Shown here one piece after another: positions 28,181 through 42,239 of a stretch of DNA of 64,000 nt (position 1 is the first letter of the stretch; the number at the start of each line of letters is the position of its first letter). Both the position numbers and the translations under genes were made by a program. The stretch is from Octopus sinensis (Eukaryota), in contig NC_043023.1 of assembly GCF_006345805.1 (NCBI RefSeq), forward strand, positions 7,192,001-7,256,000. Reading direction: 5' to 3'. The notes beneath the pieces are model-generated. The model was not told the origin of the DNA and did no database searches. It saw only the letters and a list, made by a program, of their open reading frames with translations.

Positions 28181-28866
28181 ATACTAGTACTACTACTACT
28201 ACCATTACTACCATTACTACTACTATTAGCATTACCATTGTTATTACTATTGCAACTAATCCAATCCTTTCTGCTAAACTCCTCCTCCAATCCTAAACTC
28301 CTCCTCCTATCCTAAACTCCTCCTCCTGCGACGCCTCTTTCTGCTCTGTTAGCGCTACTCCTCCTACCACACTCACTACATCTCCTCCTCCTCCTGCTAC
28401 TACTACTGCCGCCTTTTCTATACCTCTTCCTGCTACCACTATCACCACATCTATACCTCCTCCTACTCCTGCTCCTCCTGCTGCTATTACTGCCACCTTT
28501 TCTATACCTCTTCCTGCTACCACTATCACCACATATATACCTCCTCCTACTCCTGCTCTTCCTGCTACAACTACCGCCACCTCTATACCGTCTCCTCCTC
28601 CCGCTACTACTACTCTTACCACCACTGCCACTTCTACATCTCTTACTGCCACTTACTTACTTGCTACTCCTGCTCTCACTATGCCTTCTCCTGCCACTGC
28701 CACTACCTCTGTACTTCCTCTTACTACTCCCACCACTTTCACTACATCTTCTCCTCTTACTCTCACCTCCTCTGTACCTCCTCCTGCTTTTACCACTTCT
28801 ACTGTTGCTACACCTCTTCCTGCTACCATTACACAGCCTCTTGCTACTACTACTACTACTACTACT

Positions 28867-28913
<47 letters not shown>

Positions 28914-28947
28914 TATTTTCTCTTCCTCTTCCTTCTCTTGTTCCTGC

Positions 28948-28988
<41 letters not shown>

Positions 28989-29324
28989 TCTGTCTCTGGA
29001 TTGTCAAAAGATGCACACACACACACACACACTAATAACTGAAACGAGTAAAAGGGTCACCATTCGAGCGTGAGCATTACCAGCGTCACCTTACTGGCAC
29101 TTGTGCCGGTGGCACGTGAAAATACGTTCGAGCGAGATTGTTGTCAGTGCCGCTGGACTGGCTCCTATACAGTTGGCACATAAAAAACACCATTAGGGCG
29201 TGGCCATTGCCAGTACTGCCTGACTGGCTCTCGTGGCACCTTGAGCAAGTCTCTTTTATTGTAGCCTTGGGCTGACCAAAGCCTTGTGAGTGGATTTGGT
29301 AGACAGAAACTGAAAGAAGCCAGT

Positions 29325-29357
<33 letters not shown>

Positions 29358-30009
29358 ATATCTATCTATCTATATATATATATAGATTCTATCTCTCTGT
29401 ATAGATATACATACATATACATATACACACACATATATACATATTTGAATGCACACATGTATATATACACAGCAACATGTACATACATATATACATACTT
29501 ATACACACTTAGACATCCACACTTACACATACACAAACATAAACACTTGCAAATGTATGAAGCAACACTGTAGCATTTTTGTTGAAGGTTCTGCACTAAC
29601 TAACCTCATGAACTTGTATCTACACACAGATCCCTTCTTCTCATCTTAACTCCCACTCACATAGAACAGCTATCCCACTAGGTTTCTGACCCTAAACCAG
29701 TATTTTTTATATATTCTTTTCTTTGACTATTATTCTTTCTTTTTCTTTCTATTTTTCACTCTTTCTTTGTTTTAGATGAAGGGCTAACGCTCAAAATATT
29801 AAGACACTTCCTCTTTCCATTGAAGTGTTAAGCTAATACTTTATTTGTCAGACTTTGTTCTTCCTGTGTTGTTTTTTATGTTTATTATATTTTCACTAGT
29901 ACATGCACATAGTTGTACACATACACATATATGAATGCATATAATACACATTACATGTATATAGTTATACCACATATGTACATGTATGTGTGCATATGTA
30001 AAATATATG

Positions 30010-30062
<53 letters not shown>

Positions 30063-30167
30063 TCATCATTTAACATCTGTTTTCATTGCACGCATACACC
30101 CCCATACATATATACACAAATATGTGTGTGTATACATATACATATATATATATATATATTATATATA

Positions 30168-30222
<55 letters not shown>

Positions 30223-30367
30223 GTGCGTGTGTGTGTGTTTGTGGGTATATATATATGATATGGGTATAAAATAAGGCCACCCATGTGTGTATAGTGCCTC
30301 AAGGATTGCTTGGTAGCAGAAGGCAAGATATATATATATATTATGTGTGTGTGTATATATATATATA

Positions 30368-30407
<40 letters not shown>

Positions 30408-30509
30408 ATATATATATATATACATATATACATACATATATATATATACATACATATAAATACATTATTTATTATACTATCTACAATATATATATATGAA
30501 TAACATATC

Positions 30510-30540
<31 letters not shown>

Positions 30541-31289
30541 CGTACATACATATATATACATGTATATATATACATACATACATATATATAAATATATATA
30601 TAAATATACATATATATAATAATATACATACATACATACATATATACATCACACATATATATATATATATAAATACATACATATATATATATATATGTCA
30701 GTTTATTGTGTTTGTACAATATGAAACTAGTAGTGGCTCATATTTAAGTACTTACCATCATCATCATCATCGTCGTCATTACCATCATCTTCATCATCAT
30801 TATCACCATCATCATTTATCTTTCGTTTCCCATGCTGGCCCGTGTTGGACGTTTCATCAGGAACTGGCCAGCCAAGGAACTGCACCAGGCCCCAGTATCT
30901 GCTTCGGCTTAGACTCTGCAGTAGGACGCCCTTCCAAACACCAACCACTTTAAAAAGTGTACTGGATGCTTTTTATGTGGCACCAGCACCAGAAATATTA
31001 AGTGTGTGTGTGTGTATATATTTATATGTATATATATATATATATATAAAGGCGGCGAGCTGGCAGAAACGTTAGCACGTCGGGCGAAATGCGTAGCCGT
31101 ATTTCGTCTGCCGTTACGTCCTGAGTTCAAATTCCGCCGAGGTCGACTTTGCCTTTCATCCTTTCGGGGTCGATTAAATAAGTACCAGTTACCACTGGGT
31201 TCGATGTAATCGACTTAATCCGTTTGTCTGTCCTTGTTTGTCCCCTCTGTGTTTGTCCCCCTGTGTTAGCCCCTTGTGGTAGTAAAGAA

Positions 31290-31366
<77 letters not shown>

Positions 31367-31370
31367 TATG

Positions 31371-31675
31371 AGAGACCCCCTTCAGTCATGAATGACCATG
31401 AGATTGCACATAGAAAGTTACCGTCCATGGTACAAGTCCATGCATACCGGCCTCCCCTCTCCACGCCACTAGTGTTATCCTAGGGAAAGGCAAAAGGGCC
31501 GATACAGCTTGGCACCAGTGATGTTGAAACTCATTTCTACAGCTGAGTGAACTGGAGGAATGTGAAATAAAGTGTCTTGCTCAAGAACACAACACACAGC
31601 CCGGTCCGGGAATCGAACTCACAACCTCACGATTATAAGGTCGACGCTCTAACCATTGAGCCATGTGCCTTCACC
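31371..31675 (-). mobile_element. tRNA-derived SINE family 4 (second copy 45128-45468, +)
   Basis: Head gtgaaggcacatggctcaatggttagagc...gagttcgattccc followed by CORE-like ttcttgagcaagacacttt; both copies end in catgactgaagggggtctc. Confidence 0.8.
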
Positions 31676-31677
31676 CT

Positions 31678-31711
<34 letters not shown>

Positions 31712-32038
31712 GCTTTAAGAGTCAGAATCACCTTCAAGCAACTCACTCATCATTGAACGACATTATCTATCACCCCTTCCTTTCTCATTCATAAACATAA
31801 GGGTGTTATTATAGTAGATCATCTCGGTAACCATGGGAGCTATGAAAAAATACAAAGCCCAGCAACACCACCAGATCATTCTACACCTCTGTGTCATTTT
31901 TCATGCAATTCCACCCAGCCGATTGACTGTGAATCTCAAGACAAGAAAGAATTTCCCATGTCAAATTTATATGTATAGATATGTAGTAATAAAAAGGGAA
32001 GAATTTCGATTATCCCCACGTGGTGAGTTGTAATATAT

Positions 32039-32479
32039 AAGAAATTAAAGAAGGGAAATGCACACACTTTACATAGTTTTCATTTAATTTTTAATATACC
32101 TTGTATTGTGTTGGTCAACCGGTTTCGCTTTTGCTATTCATGACATTAAAATTTAATTAGATACATATTTTCTTAAGAATTTTTTCTCCATGTTGTGTGT
32201 AAAGTTTATGAATGAATGATCTATATATATATTTATATACATCGTGTAAAATTGATGTGGACAGCCAGGCACAGTATAAACCACATATGAAAAATCGTTC
32301 ATTCATAAAACTCCACACACAACATGGATAAAAAAATTCTTCTTAAGAAAATACGTATTTAAATAAATTTTAATGTCATGAATAGCGAAAGCGAAACCGG
32401 TCGACAAACACAATAAAAGATATATTACAAATTATATGAAAACTATGTAAAGTGTGTGCTTTTCCTTCTTTAATTTCTG
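32039..32479. mobile_element. Foldback MITE with ~185-bp inverted arms and ~70-bp spacer
   Basis: Ends agaaattaaagaagg / ccttctttaatttctg|TA; arms are reverse-complementary along their length by eye. Confidence 0.8.
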
Positions 32480-33227
32480 TATGGACCACATAGACACTGT
32501 ATGAACCACATAGGCAAAATTTAGTCTTTACTAATTGTGACTGTGTGTGCTAGAAGCACACATGTTGCCTTAGAACTAAGAGTAAAACCATTTATAGCTG
32601 CATAAAAGCATATTTATATATACTGTCAGGGTAGATAACTTCCCACATGAGTGATGTATATATCCAAAAGGCTTCTTTTTTAGCTTCCGTCTAATGAATC
32701 CACTCGCAAGGCTTTAATGAGATTGGGACTATAATAGAAAACATTTGGGGTGGCATGCTGTGGGACTGAACCCAAGACTACATTGTTGGTAAGCAAGTCC
32801 CTAACCTCTGAACCTTGCCTGCACCTATATCTCTCTCATCATGTCTCTCTTTCTCTCTCATTCTCCTCTTCCTCTCTCACTCTCCTCTTCCTCTCTCTCT
32901 CTTACTCTCCCCTTCTTCTCTCGCCCTGTCTCCACTCACTTTTTCTACACTCCTACTCCCTCCTTACTGGCTCTCTCTCCCCCCTCTATTATCCCCACTC
33001 TTCATCCTTTGTTTCCTGTCAGTATCTCACTCACAGAAATATTCAAATATACATAAACACAACTTCTGTATTCTGTCTTCTCATTCTGTCTGTCTATCTC
33101 TCTTTCCCAACCACAGGGTTCCAAATTCTGTTCCACTGCATGTCACCTTGGGCAAGTGTCTTCTACTATAGCCTCAGGCTGAGCAAAGCCTTGTGAGTGG
33201 ATTTGGTAGACGGAAACTGAAAGAAGC

Positions 33228-33350
<123 letters not shown>

Positions 33351-33471
33351 ACATACATATATATAATATATATATATTATATATATATACATATATATAT
33401 ATATACATACATATATATATATATATACACATACATATATATATATACACATATATATATATATATATATG

Positions 33472-33524
<53 letters not shown>

Positions 33525-34072
33525 GCACATATATATATACATATATATATATGCACACACACACACACACATATGTATACACTCATGAGCACACATATAT
33601 ATATGTATAAATTCATACATATCATCATAATCATCATCATCATCATCATGATTTTAACACCCACTTTTCCAAACTTGTATGGGTCAGACGGAATTTAATG
33701 AGTTGGATTGTTTTAAAAGCCAGATGCCCTTCCTGTTGACAACTCTCACCTATTTCCATGCAAAGTAATATACATATTTGAATGCACACATGTATATATA
33801 CACAGCAACATGTACATACATATATACATACTTATACACACTTAGACATCCACACTTACACATACACAAACATAAACACTTGCAAATGTATGAAGCAACA
33901 CTGTAGCATTTTTGTTGAAGGTTCTGCACTAACTAACCATGTTTTCATGGAAGACTGTAAATTAAAGGCACTGCATGTATGGCAGTGAGACTCGTTTACA
34001 GCCATCACAGATTGCCAAGGCAAGGAGACAATAAGACATAAATACAAGCATGTACACACATATACTATCTAT

Positions 34073-34933
34073 CTAACCGCTCAGACGAAGTTGACTCTTG
34101 GTTACTCGATGGATCAGTGTCCTCCAGTCAGTTCTATCCTGGGCCGCTTCCTTCAGATTGGCCATGTCAATTCTGGTATCACTCTTGATGGTGTCAAGCC
34201 AGCGGGTTCTTGGTCGGCCTCTTCCTCTCTTGCCACTGACCATTCCGAGCATGATGTCCTTCTCCAGGGATGTTCTCCGCATAATATGACCGAAATATGC
34301 CAATCTATGCTTGGTGATTCTAGCTTCTAACGACATTTTCGGCCTGATCTGCTTAAGAACTTCTCCATTGGTGAGCCTCACTGTCCATGGAATCCGTAAA
34401 AGTCTTCTCCAACACCAAAGTTCGAATGCATTAATTCTCTTCTGGTCAGCTTTCTTTAGTGTCCAGGTCTCGCATCCATATGTTGCTATTGGGAAGACAA
34501 TTGCATTCACCAATCTGCATTTGGTAGCGAGTCTGATGTCTCTACTCTTCCAGACCCTGCTCATGCTGACCATTGCCTCTCTGCCTAGTACTATCTGCCG
34601 TCTTATTTCTGGAGTGCAGTCACCATCTCGATTTATTTTGGAGTCAAGGAAGGTGAAATCATCAACCACATCAATCTCTTCATCATCGATCTTGATGTTG
34701 ATGTTTGTTGTGGCTGCTGTTGACATGATCTTCGTTTTCTTAACATTGAGGTGCAGCCCAAATTTCTTACTCCCTTTCTTGACCAGCAGGACAAGATCCT
34801 CCAGATCCTTACCACTCTCTGCCAGCAGGGTTGTATCATCTGCATAGCGAAGGCTATTAATATTTCTTCCTCCAATCCTCACTCCAATGCTGCTATCCTC
34901 CAGGCCTGCATTCCTCATCACCTTTTCAGCGTA
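34073..34933 (-). mobile_element. 5'-truncated RTE-BovB-like LINE, uninterrupted ORF2 C-terminal ~287 codons
   Basis: RNINSLRYADDTTLLAES...KKTKIMS...DGDCTPEIRR...FELWCWRRLLRIPWT...YFGHIMRR...LEKDIMLG...RGRPRTRWLD...VTKSQLRLSG-stop, followed by a short (TAGA)n tail. Confidence 0.92.
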
Positions 34934-35847
34934 CATACACATACATCCGTTCATCCCCACCTCTGCCGACACATATATATGTATACTATGGTCTTCTTTC
35001 CATTTCTATCTACCAAATTCATTCACAAGGCTTTGGTAGGCCCAGGCTACAGCAGAACATACTTGCCTAAATTGCTAATAGTGGGATAGAACCGAAAACC
35101 ATATGGTTGGGAAACCAGCATTTTACAACACAGCCCTGCCTCTGTGTGTGTGTGTCTGCATGTATGCATGTATATGCATGTATATATATGTATGTATATG
35201 CACGTATTTATATATGTATATGTGTGTGCATGTGTATATATGTATATATATATATATGAAGTTAAATTTATAAGTTCTAAAATTGTAGAAGAATTTGTTA
35301 CTGGGCAGTTTAGCTTAATGGTAAAGCACTTGACGCATAATCACAGGGATGTGAGTTCAAGTCTCATGGCTGGCCAGTAACGTATTTTTCTGCAATATAT
35401 GGATAAATTATCCTGATCATGCTATTTTATTAGCATTATCACGCATTTGAGGATAAAAGATACATCTCAATGCTTCTAAAAACATAGGTGTGTGTGTATA
35501 TATAAATATATGTATGTGTGTGTATACATGTACATATGAATGTATATGTATGCACATGGCCTAGTGGTTAGAGCAGCAGACTCACGGTTGAGGAAATGCG
35601 GGTTTGAATCTCAGACACGGCGATGTGTGTGCTTATGAGTGAAACACCTAAGTTCCATGCGGCTCCGGCAGAAGGTAATGGAGAACTTCTGCTGATTCTT
35701 TCGCCACAACTTTCTCTCACTCTTTCCTCCTGCATCTTGCAGCTCACCTGCGATGGACTGGTGTCCCGTCCAGGTGAGGAACCTATATGCCAAGGAAACC
35801 AGGAAACCGGCCCTTATGAGCCAAGCATGGCTCAAAAAGGAACAAAC

Positions 35848-35895
<48 letters not shown>

Positions 35896-36195
35896 ATATA
35901 TATATTTGTGCATATATGTGTATGTATGTATGTGTGTATATAGATATGTATAGTGAACTGATGTTGAAACATCTTAAAATATATCCTTGGCATTTATGAG
36001 ATCAGTGAAGCGTGCTGGAACAAACTTGCATGTATACACAGAATTGGCTACAATGTTGAGAGCAACATTGTTAGAATAAAAATCAGAAGAAATGTGATTT
36101 CTCCTATAAATCAGTATTCCCTTATGAATTATATGTGAAAATTGTACTTTCCCAATTTTTGTTAAAAAGTATAAATTATATAAATATATATATAC

Positions 36196-36435
36196 ATATT
36201 AGAAGAAATAAGGTACTCAGAAATCTGGATGGTTTTATATTTACACATTTTTATTAGTATGTCACATGTTTTTATAAATTATATATTAGCGCTTGCATCT
36301 ACTCTAGTAGACTCTTCAGATTTGAAGAGTCTACTAAAGCGCTAATATATGATTTATAAAAACGTGTGATATACTAATAAATATCTGTAAATATAAAACC
36401 ATCCAGATTTCTGAGTACCTTATTTCTTCTAATAT
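36196..36435. repeat. 240-nt near-perfect palindrome (4-nt loop at 36319-36322) made of two inverted hammerhead-bearing repeat ends
   Basis: Central stem tagtagactcttca-gatt-tgaagagtctacta; outer arms atattagaagaaataaggtactcagaaatctggatgg and its reverse complement. Confidence 0.85.
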
Positions 36436-36904
36436 ATAATACCACCTGTACATCACCTCCAAACCTTCTAATATATATACATATATACATATGCACACAT
36501 ACACATATGTATGTATATATATACATACACATATATATGGTGTGTGTGTATATATATATATGTATTTATAGGTATATGTAAGTACATATATATATGTATG
36601 TATATATGTATGTATGTACATGTATATATTATCTAAGTATATATAATATGTCTATATATGTATGGATATATTTATTTGTGAGTGTGTGTTTCACTCACTC
36701 TCCCTCTCTCTTTCTCTTGCTCTCCCTCTCTACATAATTATAAATACACACATATGTTCATACAAACATATACACGCATACATACATACACACATATATA
36801 CATACATACTTAGATATATATATATGTGTGTGTGTGTGTATATGTCTATATATATCTTTCTGTGTGTGTGTATACATATATATATATACACACACACACA
36901 CATA

Positions 36905-37261
36905 TATATATCACTATTTCTCTCCCCTTCTCTCTCTCAGTCTTTGTCTTTCCTCCTCCTCTCTCTCCCTTCCACCACCTCTGAAACCTTTACCTTCTCA
37001 ACATCACTATCTCCTTCTCTCACTCCCCATCTCTTGCCATCCCTCTTCCTCCTCCTCTCTCAGTCTTTTCTGTCTCTCTTCTTGCCTCTCTCTCTTCCTA
37101 CCATCTCTCAAACCCTTACCTTCTCAACGTCTCTATCTCCTCCTCTCTCTGCCAGTCTCTTTCTCTCTCTTCCCTCCCACCTCCTCCCAAATCTTTACTT
37201 TCTCAAAATTCCATCTCCTCTTACTCCCCATCTCTCTATACTCCTGTTCCTCTCCTTCCTT

Positions 37262-37299
<38 letters not shown>

Positions 37300-38572
37300 G
37301 CATTCCTCAAATCTTTACCCTCTCAACATCTCTGTAGCGTAGCTTGGATATGATCTCTCTCAAACAGTGAGGATATTGCCTGCAGTGAAAACCCAAAAAG
37401 ACTGTCATGGGACCTTATCTGAAGGTTCTGATTGGTTAGTTTACACAATAGCGTGAAATAAAACTGCACCAAAACCAACCAATCAGAGTAGCGGACACAA
37501 TTGAGCCTAAGCAGCCGAAAGATTGCTGCTATCTAACACGACATTATTTCTATGATCTCTCTCAAACAGTGAGGATACCACCGAGCTACACTACATCTCT
37601 ATCTCCTCCTCTTTCTCTCCTCTCTCCCTCCATCTGACCACCTCTCAAACCTTTATCTTCTCAATATCCCTATCTCCTCACTCTCCCTATCTCTCTCCTC
37701 TTCTCTACCACCTCTCTCCATATTTCTGTTTTTCTCTGTCTCGGTTTTCCCCCTTCTATCTCCAACACCTCTCAAACCCTTATCTTCTCAACATTTCTAT
37801 CTCTTCCTTTTTCTCTCCCCATCTCTCTTCCTTTCTCCCCGCTCTCTCTCTCTCTCCATCTCTCTGTTTTTCTCTGTCTCTATCTGCTACTGTCTCTCTT
37901 TCTCTCCCCCACAACATCTCTTAAACCCTTACCTTTTCAATATCCCTATCTCCTCCTCTCTCTACCAGTCTCTCCTTCCCTTACTTCCCCTACTTCCCCC
38001 TACTTCCTCTCAAACCCTTATCTTCTCAACTTCCCTATTTCCTCCTCTTCCCCTCTCACCTTCTCCCTTCTTCTCTTTCTACCTGTCTCACTTTTCCCCT
38101 CTCTATCTGTTTCTCTCTGCCTCTCTTCTCTCTCTCCCTCCCCCCACCTCTCAAACCTTTACCTTTTCAACCTCTCTATTTCCTCCTCTTTCCCTCACTC
38201 TCTTTCCCTCTCTCTCTCTTCCTCCATCTCTCTCCCCTACCTCTCTTTTCCTCTCTCTCCCACTTTCTTCCTTCACTTTCTCCCTGTCTCACACCTCCCC
38301 TTTCTATCTGTTTGTTCTGTCTCCCTCGCTCCCTCACACCACCTCTATCTCCACCTCTTTCTCTTCCCACCCTCCCTCTCTCTCCCTCACTCCTCCCTCT
38401 CTCTCTCTCTGAGCATACACCTAACATTTCTCACCAGCACGCACACACTCACCCAATCCCTCCCTCCTCACAGTCCCCCTTAACACCCCTCTCTCAATCC
38501 CTCTCCCTCTCTCTCTCACACTTCCTCTCACTCTCTCTGTCTCTCTGTCTCTTTATGTTCTCTCACTTCCAG
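36905..38572 (+). repeat. 1.7-kb CT-rich tract with degenerate internal repeats abutting the exon-B acceptor
   Basis: Recurrent cacctctcaaacccttaccttctcaacatctctatctcc units. Similar tracts at 21060-21560 and 53290-54105 also abut acceptors. Confidence 0.9.
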
Positions 38573-38639
38573 ATCTGGGACACGGCTGGACAAGAAAGAT
38601 TCCGCAGTGTAACCAATGCTTACTACAGAGACGCTCACG
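38573..38639 (+). CDS. Rab26: Rab26-like G3/switch II exon, variant B (canonical-like): [22 protein letters not shown](A)
   Basis: Acceptor cacttccag, donor G|gtatat; 67 nt, phase 0/1. Closest to the Rab26 motif SVTHAYYRDAH. Confidence 0.93.
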
Positions 38640-38646
38640 GTATATT

Positions 38647-38736
38647 TCACCTCTCTCAACATTCATCATTCGTTCGTTCGTTCTTCGTCACTCTTCACCA
38701 CTCATTCGTCGTCATTCATCAGTGTTCATCATTCAT
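38647..38736 (+). promoter_or_regulatory. Intronic YCAY cluster (candidate NOVA/Pasilla splicing element) just 3' of switch-II exon B
   Basis: 12 YCAY tetramers counted in 90 nt, starting in the eighth intronic base. Function is inferred. Confidence 0.5.
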
Positions 38737-38754
38737 CCTCAGTACATATCTGTA

Positions 38755-38798
<44 letters not shown>

Positions 38799-39046
38799 TA
38801 TATTACATGTATATTATATATATATGTATACAGGTGGTATATATACATATATGTATGTATATATGTATATACATATATCATATGTATCTATGTGTGTATA
38901 TTTATATCATATGTAGTATATATTATATATCATACATATATGTATGTATATATATATATATATATCATATATAATTGTGTATCATATATATATGTATGTA
39001 TATACATACACACACTACACATGGATATACATACATCCAACCATAA

Positions 39047-39103
<57 letters not shown>

Positions 39104-39432
39104 ACATACATATATACATGTACTTAACTGCACACACACCATACACATGTACATTATATATATATATATATAATATTAAAAGGGCTTAGTAAAATAAATT
39201 ACTTTGCCACATACTGAACTCATTAGAAATAGTAGCTAAAAAAACAAGTTTTTTTAGCTACTATTTCTAATGATTCAGTATGTGGCAAAGTAATTTATTT
39301 TACTAAGCCCTTTTATATAATGTTTTTATATAATGTAATAATTTGAATTCGCCTTAAATGGTCCCTTTGCATACTGAATACTTGGTGAAATTGATTAATA
39401 ATTAATTAATTTTACCCTCAATTGTTGAAATT

Positions 39433-39505
<73 letters not shown>

Positions 39506-42239
39506 GATTTTAAATGAGGGTGAGAAATTGGATATTAATTTAATTAACATCAATTTAACACCTGTGGTCTAGCATATTAAACTCTGAAGGTTCAGTAAAT
39601 TGTATTATATACATATGAGAGGGGTGACCACTATGTGGATAACCCTTATGCTAGAAGTAGATCCGCTATGGTCTTACCACTAAGAAAAGTTCTCAAGAAA
39701 AATTTAGCAAACACCAGAACATAAGTGAGCAAGACAAAGGAAAAGTAACTATATATTTATATATTTATATATATATTCAAAATATATCAAGAGGATATCC
39801 TTGTTGCTTATTTTGATTTTAATCTCCTTATTTTGAAATTGTATGGATAACACCGTACTAAATTCTGCTGCCTAAGCTTAAGTACCATATTCATCTAAAT
39901 CTATATATATATAATCTTGCTTACGCATAGTGATACTAATAACCTGGTGTTAGAACTCAATATACTTATGCTTTAGAAAAAGCATTGGTAAAATACAAAG
40001 CAAATAATAAGTCAGATAAATGAAAATTTCTCAAATGTATTGATACACACACACACACACACACACACATACATATATATATACTGTAAATACAATCTTT
40101 GAGGAATGAGATATTAACACATTGATGGAAAGAGAAGGTGTCTTAACATTTTGAGCATTAGTCCTTCATCAAAAGAAAGAAACAGAAGCATGGGAGGTGG
40201 GGAGGATAGGCAATACAAAACTATAAGCAGAATATTGGTGTAGGATTAGAAACCTGGGGTGCAATAGCTGGTCTATAGAGGAGGGGTTTTTAAGAAAGAA
40301 AGGGTATGTAGGTGGGAGTGTAAGAGTGCATCCATCTGGATGTGATGTTGGGTTGGTAGGGAGAATGATGTGTGGAGATGGTGTGCAAGCATAAATGCAT
40401 AGTGGTGTTAGTATAGGCATGGGATAGAAGTTGTGGTTGGGGGGGGTGTAATTTTTAGGTGGTGTGGGGGTGGGTGGAGGTGAAGGGTGTATATGCAGAG
40501 GTTATTCTTGGTCAGTTTTGGTCAGCCATTGTGAAAAAATAAAACCCTAAAATGAAATTCTTTGAAGTGAAACCCCTTCTGGGCAAGATAAAGTTATCTC
40601 CTTTTAGCCAGTTTCATTTGTGTTTAAAAAGGGTCACTTTATGTATGATTTCTCTTCACTCATCAACATGAAATTTCTCATGTCCTTCCTCTGAGCCACT
40701 TTCTCATGAAGTTGATCCTTCATCCTTACCATCAACTACTAGCAGTCTTGTTTATAATTTGCTATATCCCACATTTCCTGCTCTACCCTACATGCTAGCA
40801 ACCTTTAACATTACTCCCTCATCTTCTTCCTATCACTCATCTTTTCATCACTCTCCCATCTACTTTGTTGTTCTGCTGCTGTAAGTAAAGAAAGCATAAC
40901 ACAACATACTACCATTTCTATACTGACAGTCATCACTCACTCTCCCCCAAGCTACACTCAGTTGTCATCTATTCATCATATGAAAAATAGAGCACAGGCT
41001 TGGCTGTGTGGTAAGGAGCTTGCTTCCCAACTACATGGTTCCAGGTTCAATCCCCTTGCGTGGCACCTTCGGCACTGCTTGACAACCAGTATTAGTGCAT
41101 TTACATCCCTATAACTTAGTGCTTCAGCAAAAGAATAGGTACCAGAGAGAATAAGTACCAGACTTCAGAAAAATAAATACTGGGTTCAGTTTATTCAATT
41201 TGAAATTCTTCAAGGCAGTGCCCTTGTATGGTCGCAGTCTAGTGACTAAAACAAATAAAAAATAATAGACAAAAGAGAGATAAAACACTAGAATAAAGAT
41301 ATTTTTCCTGTAAATTCAAATAATATTTAAATCTAATTATGAAGTTTCACCATGGCCGGCTGTGTGGTAAGAAGTTTGCTTCCCAACCACATGGTTCTGG
41401 GTTCAGTCCTACTGTATGGCACCTTGGGCAAGTGTCTTCTACTATAGCCTCAAGCCGACTAGTCTTCTGAGTGGATTTGGTACATGGAAACTGAAAGAAA
41501 CCCATCATATATATATATAGGGAGAATTCACAAAAAAAAAAAAAGACGAAGACAGGTGGTGTAAACAACAAACAGATGTATTAGTTTAACGCTCGGGAAG
41601 TGAAAAAGGTTTTAACATTTTGAGCCTACACTCTTCCACAGAAAGGAACACAGAAAGAAACAAGGAAAGAAAATAAAGAATGTGTAGTGGCTAGCGATCT
41701 ATCATGGCGAAATATATATATATATTGATAAAAAGGGTAAGATAACAAAAGAAAGAAATAGACCTCGATATTATGTAAATTGAGGAATTTATCTGTAAAT
41801 GTGACAATTATTCGGTAGCCAAGATAAAACTCTGAGTTTTATATAGGTGCAGGCATGGCTATGTGGTAAGAAGCTTGCTTCCCAACAACATGGTTCTGGG
41901 TTCAGTCCCACTGCATGGCACCTTGGGCAAGTGTCTTCTACTATAGCATCAGGCTGACCAAAGCCTTGTGATTGGATTTGCTAGATGGAAACTAAAAGAA
42001 GCCTGTCATATATGTGTGTTTGTGTCTGTTTGTCCCTCATCACCATACCCCGTAACTTTATATATGTGTATGTGTGCATATATCATTAGAGAATCAGAAA
42101 TATCGTTTAATAAATTCTTAGTTCATAGTATATACATATATAATACTACTACAAATATTAAAACTTCTAGTATCTATATTCATCATAAGTGTGTGGAGAT
42201 GATATGCTGGTGGGGTTTTATCATTTTATATATTTTTCA

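Noticed and set aside
34052-34944. Target-site duplication around the BovB-like fragment
   Set aside because: Only a 12/14 match in low-complexity CA/TA sequence; not reliable.
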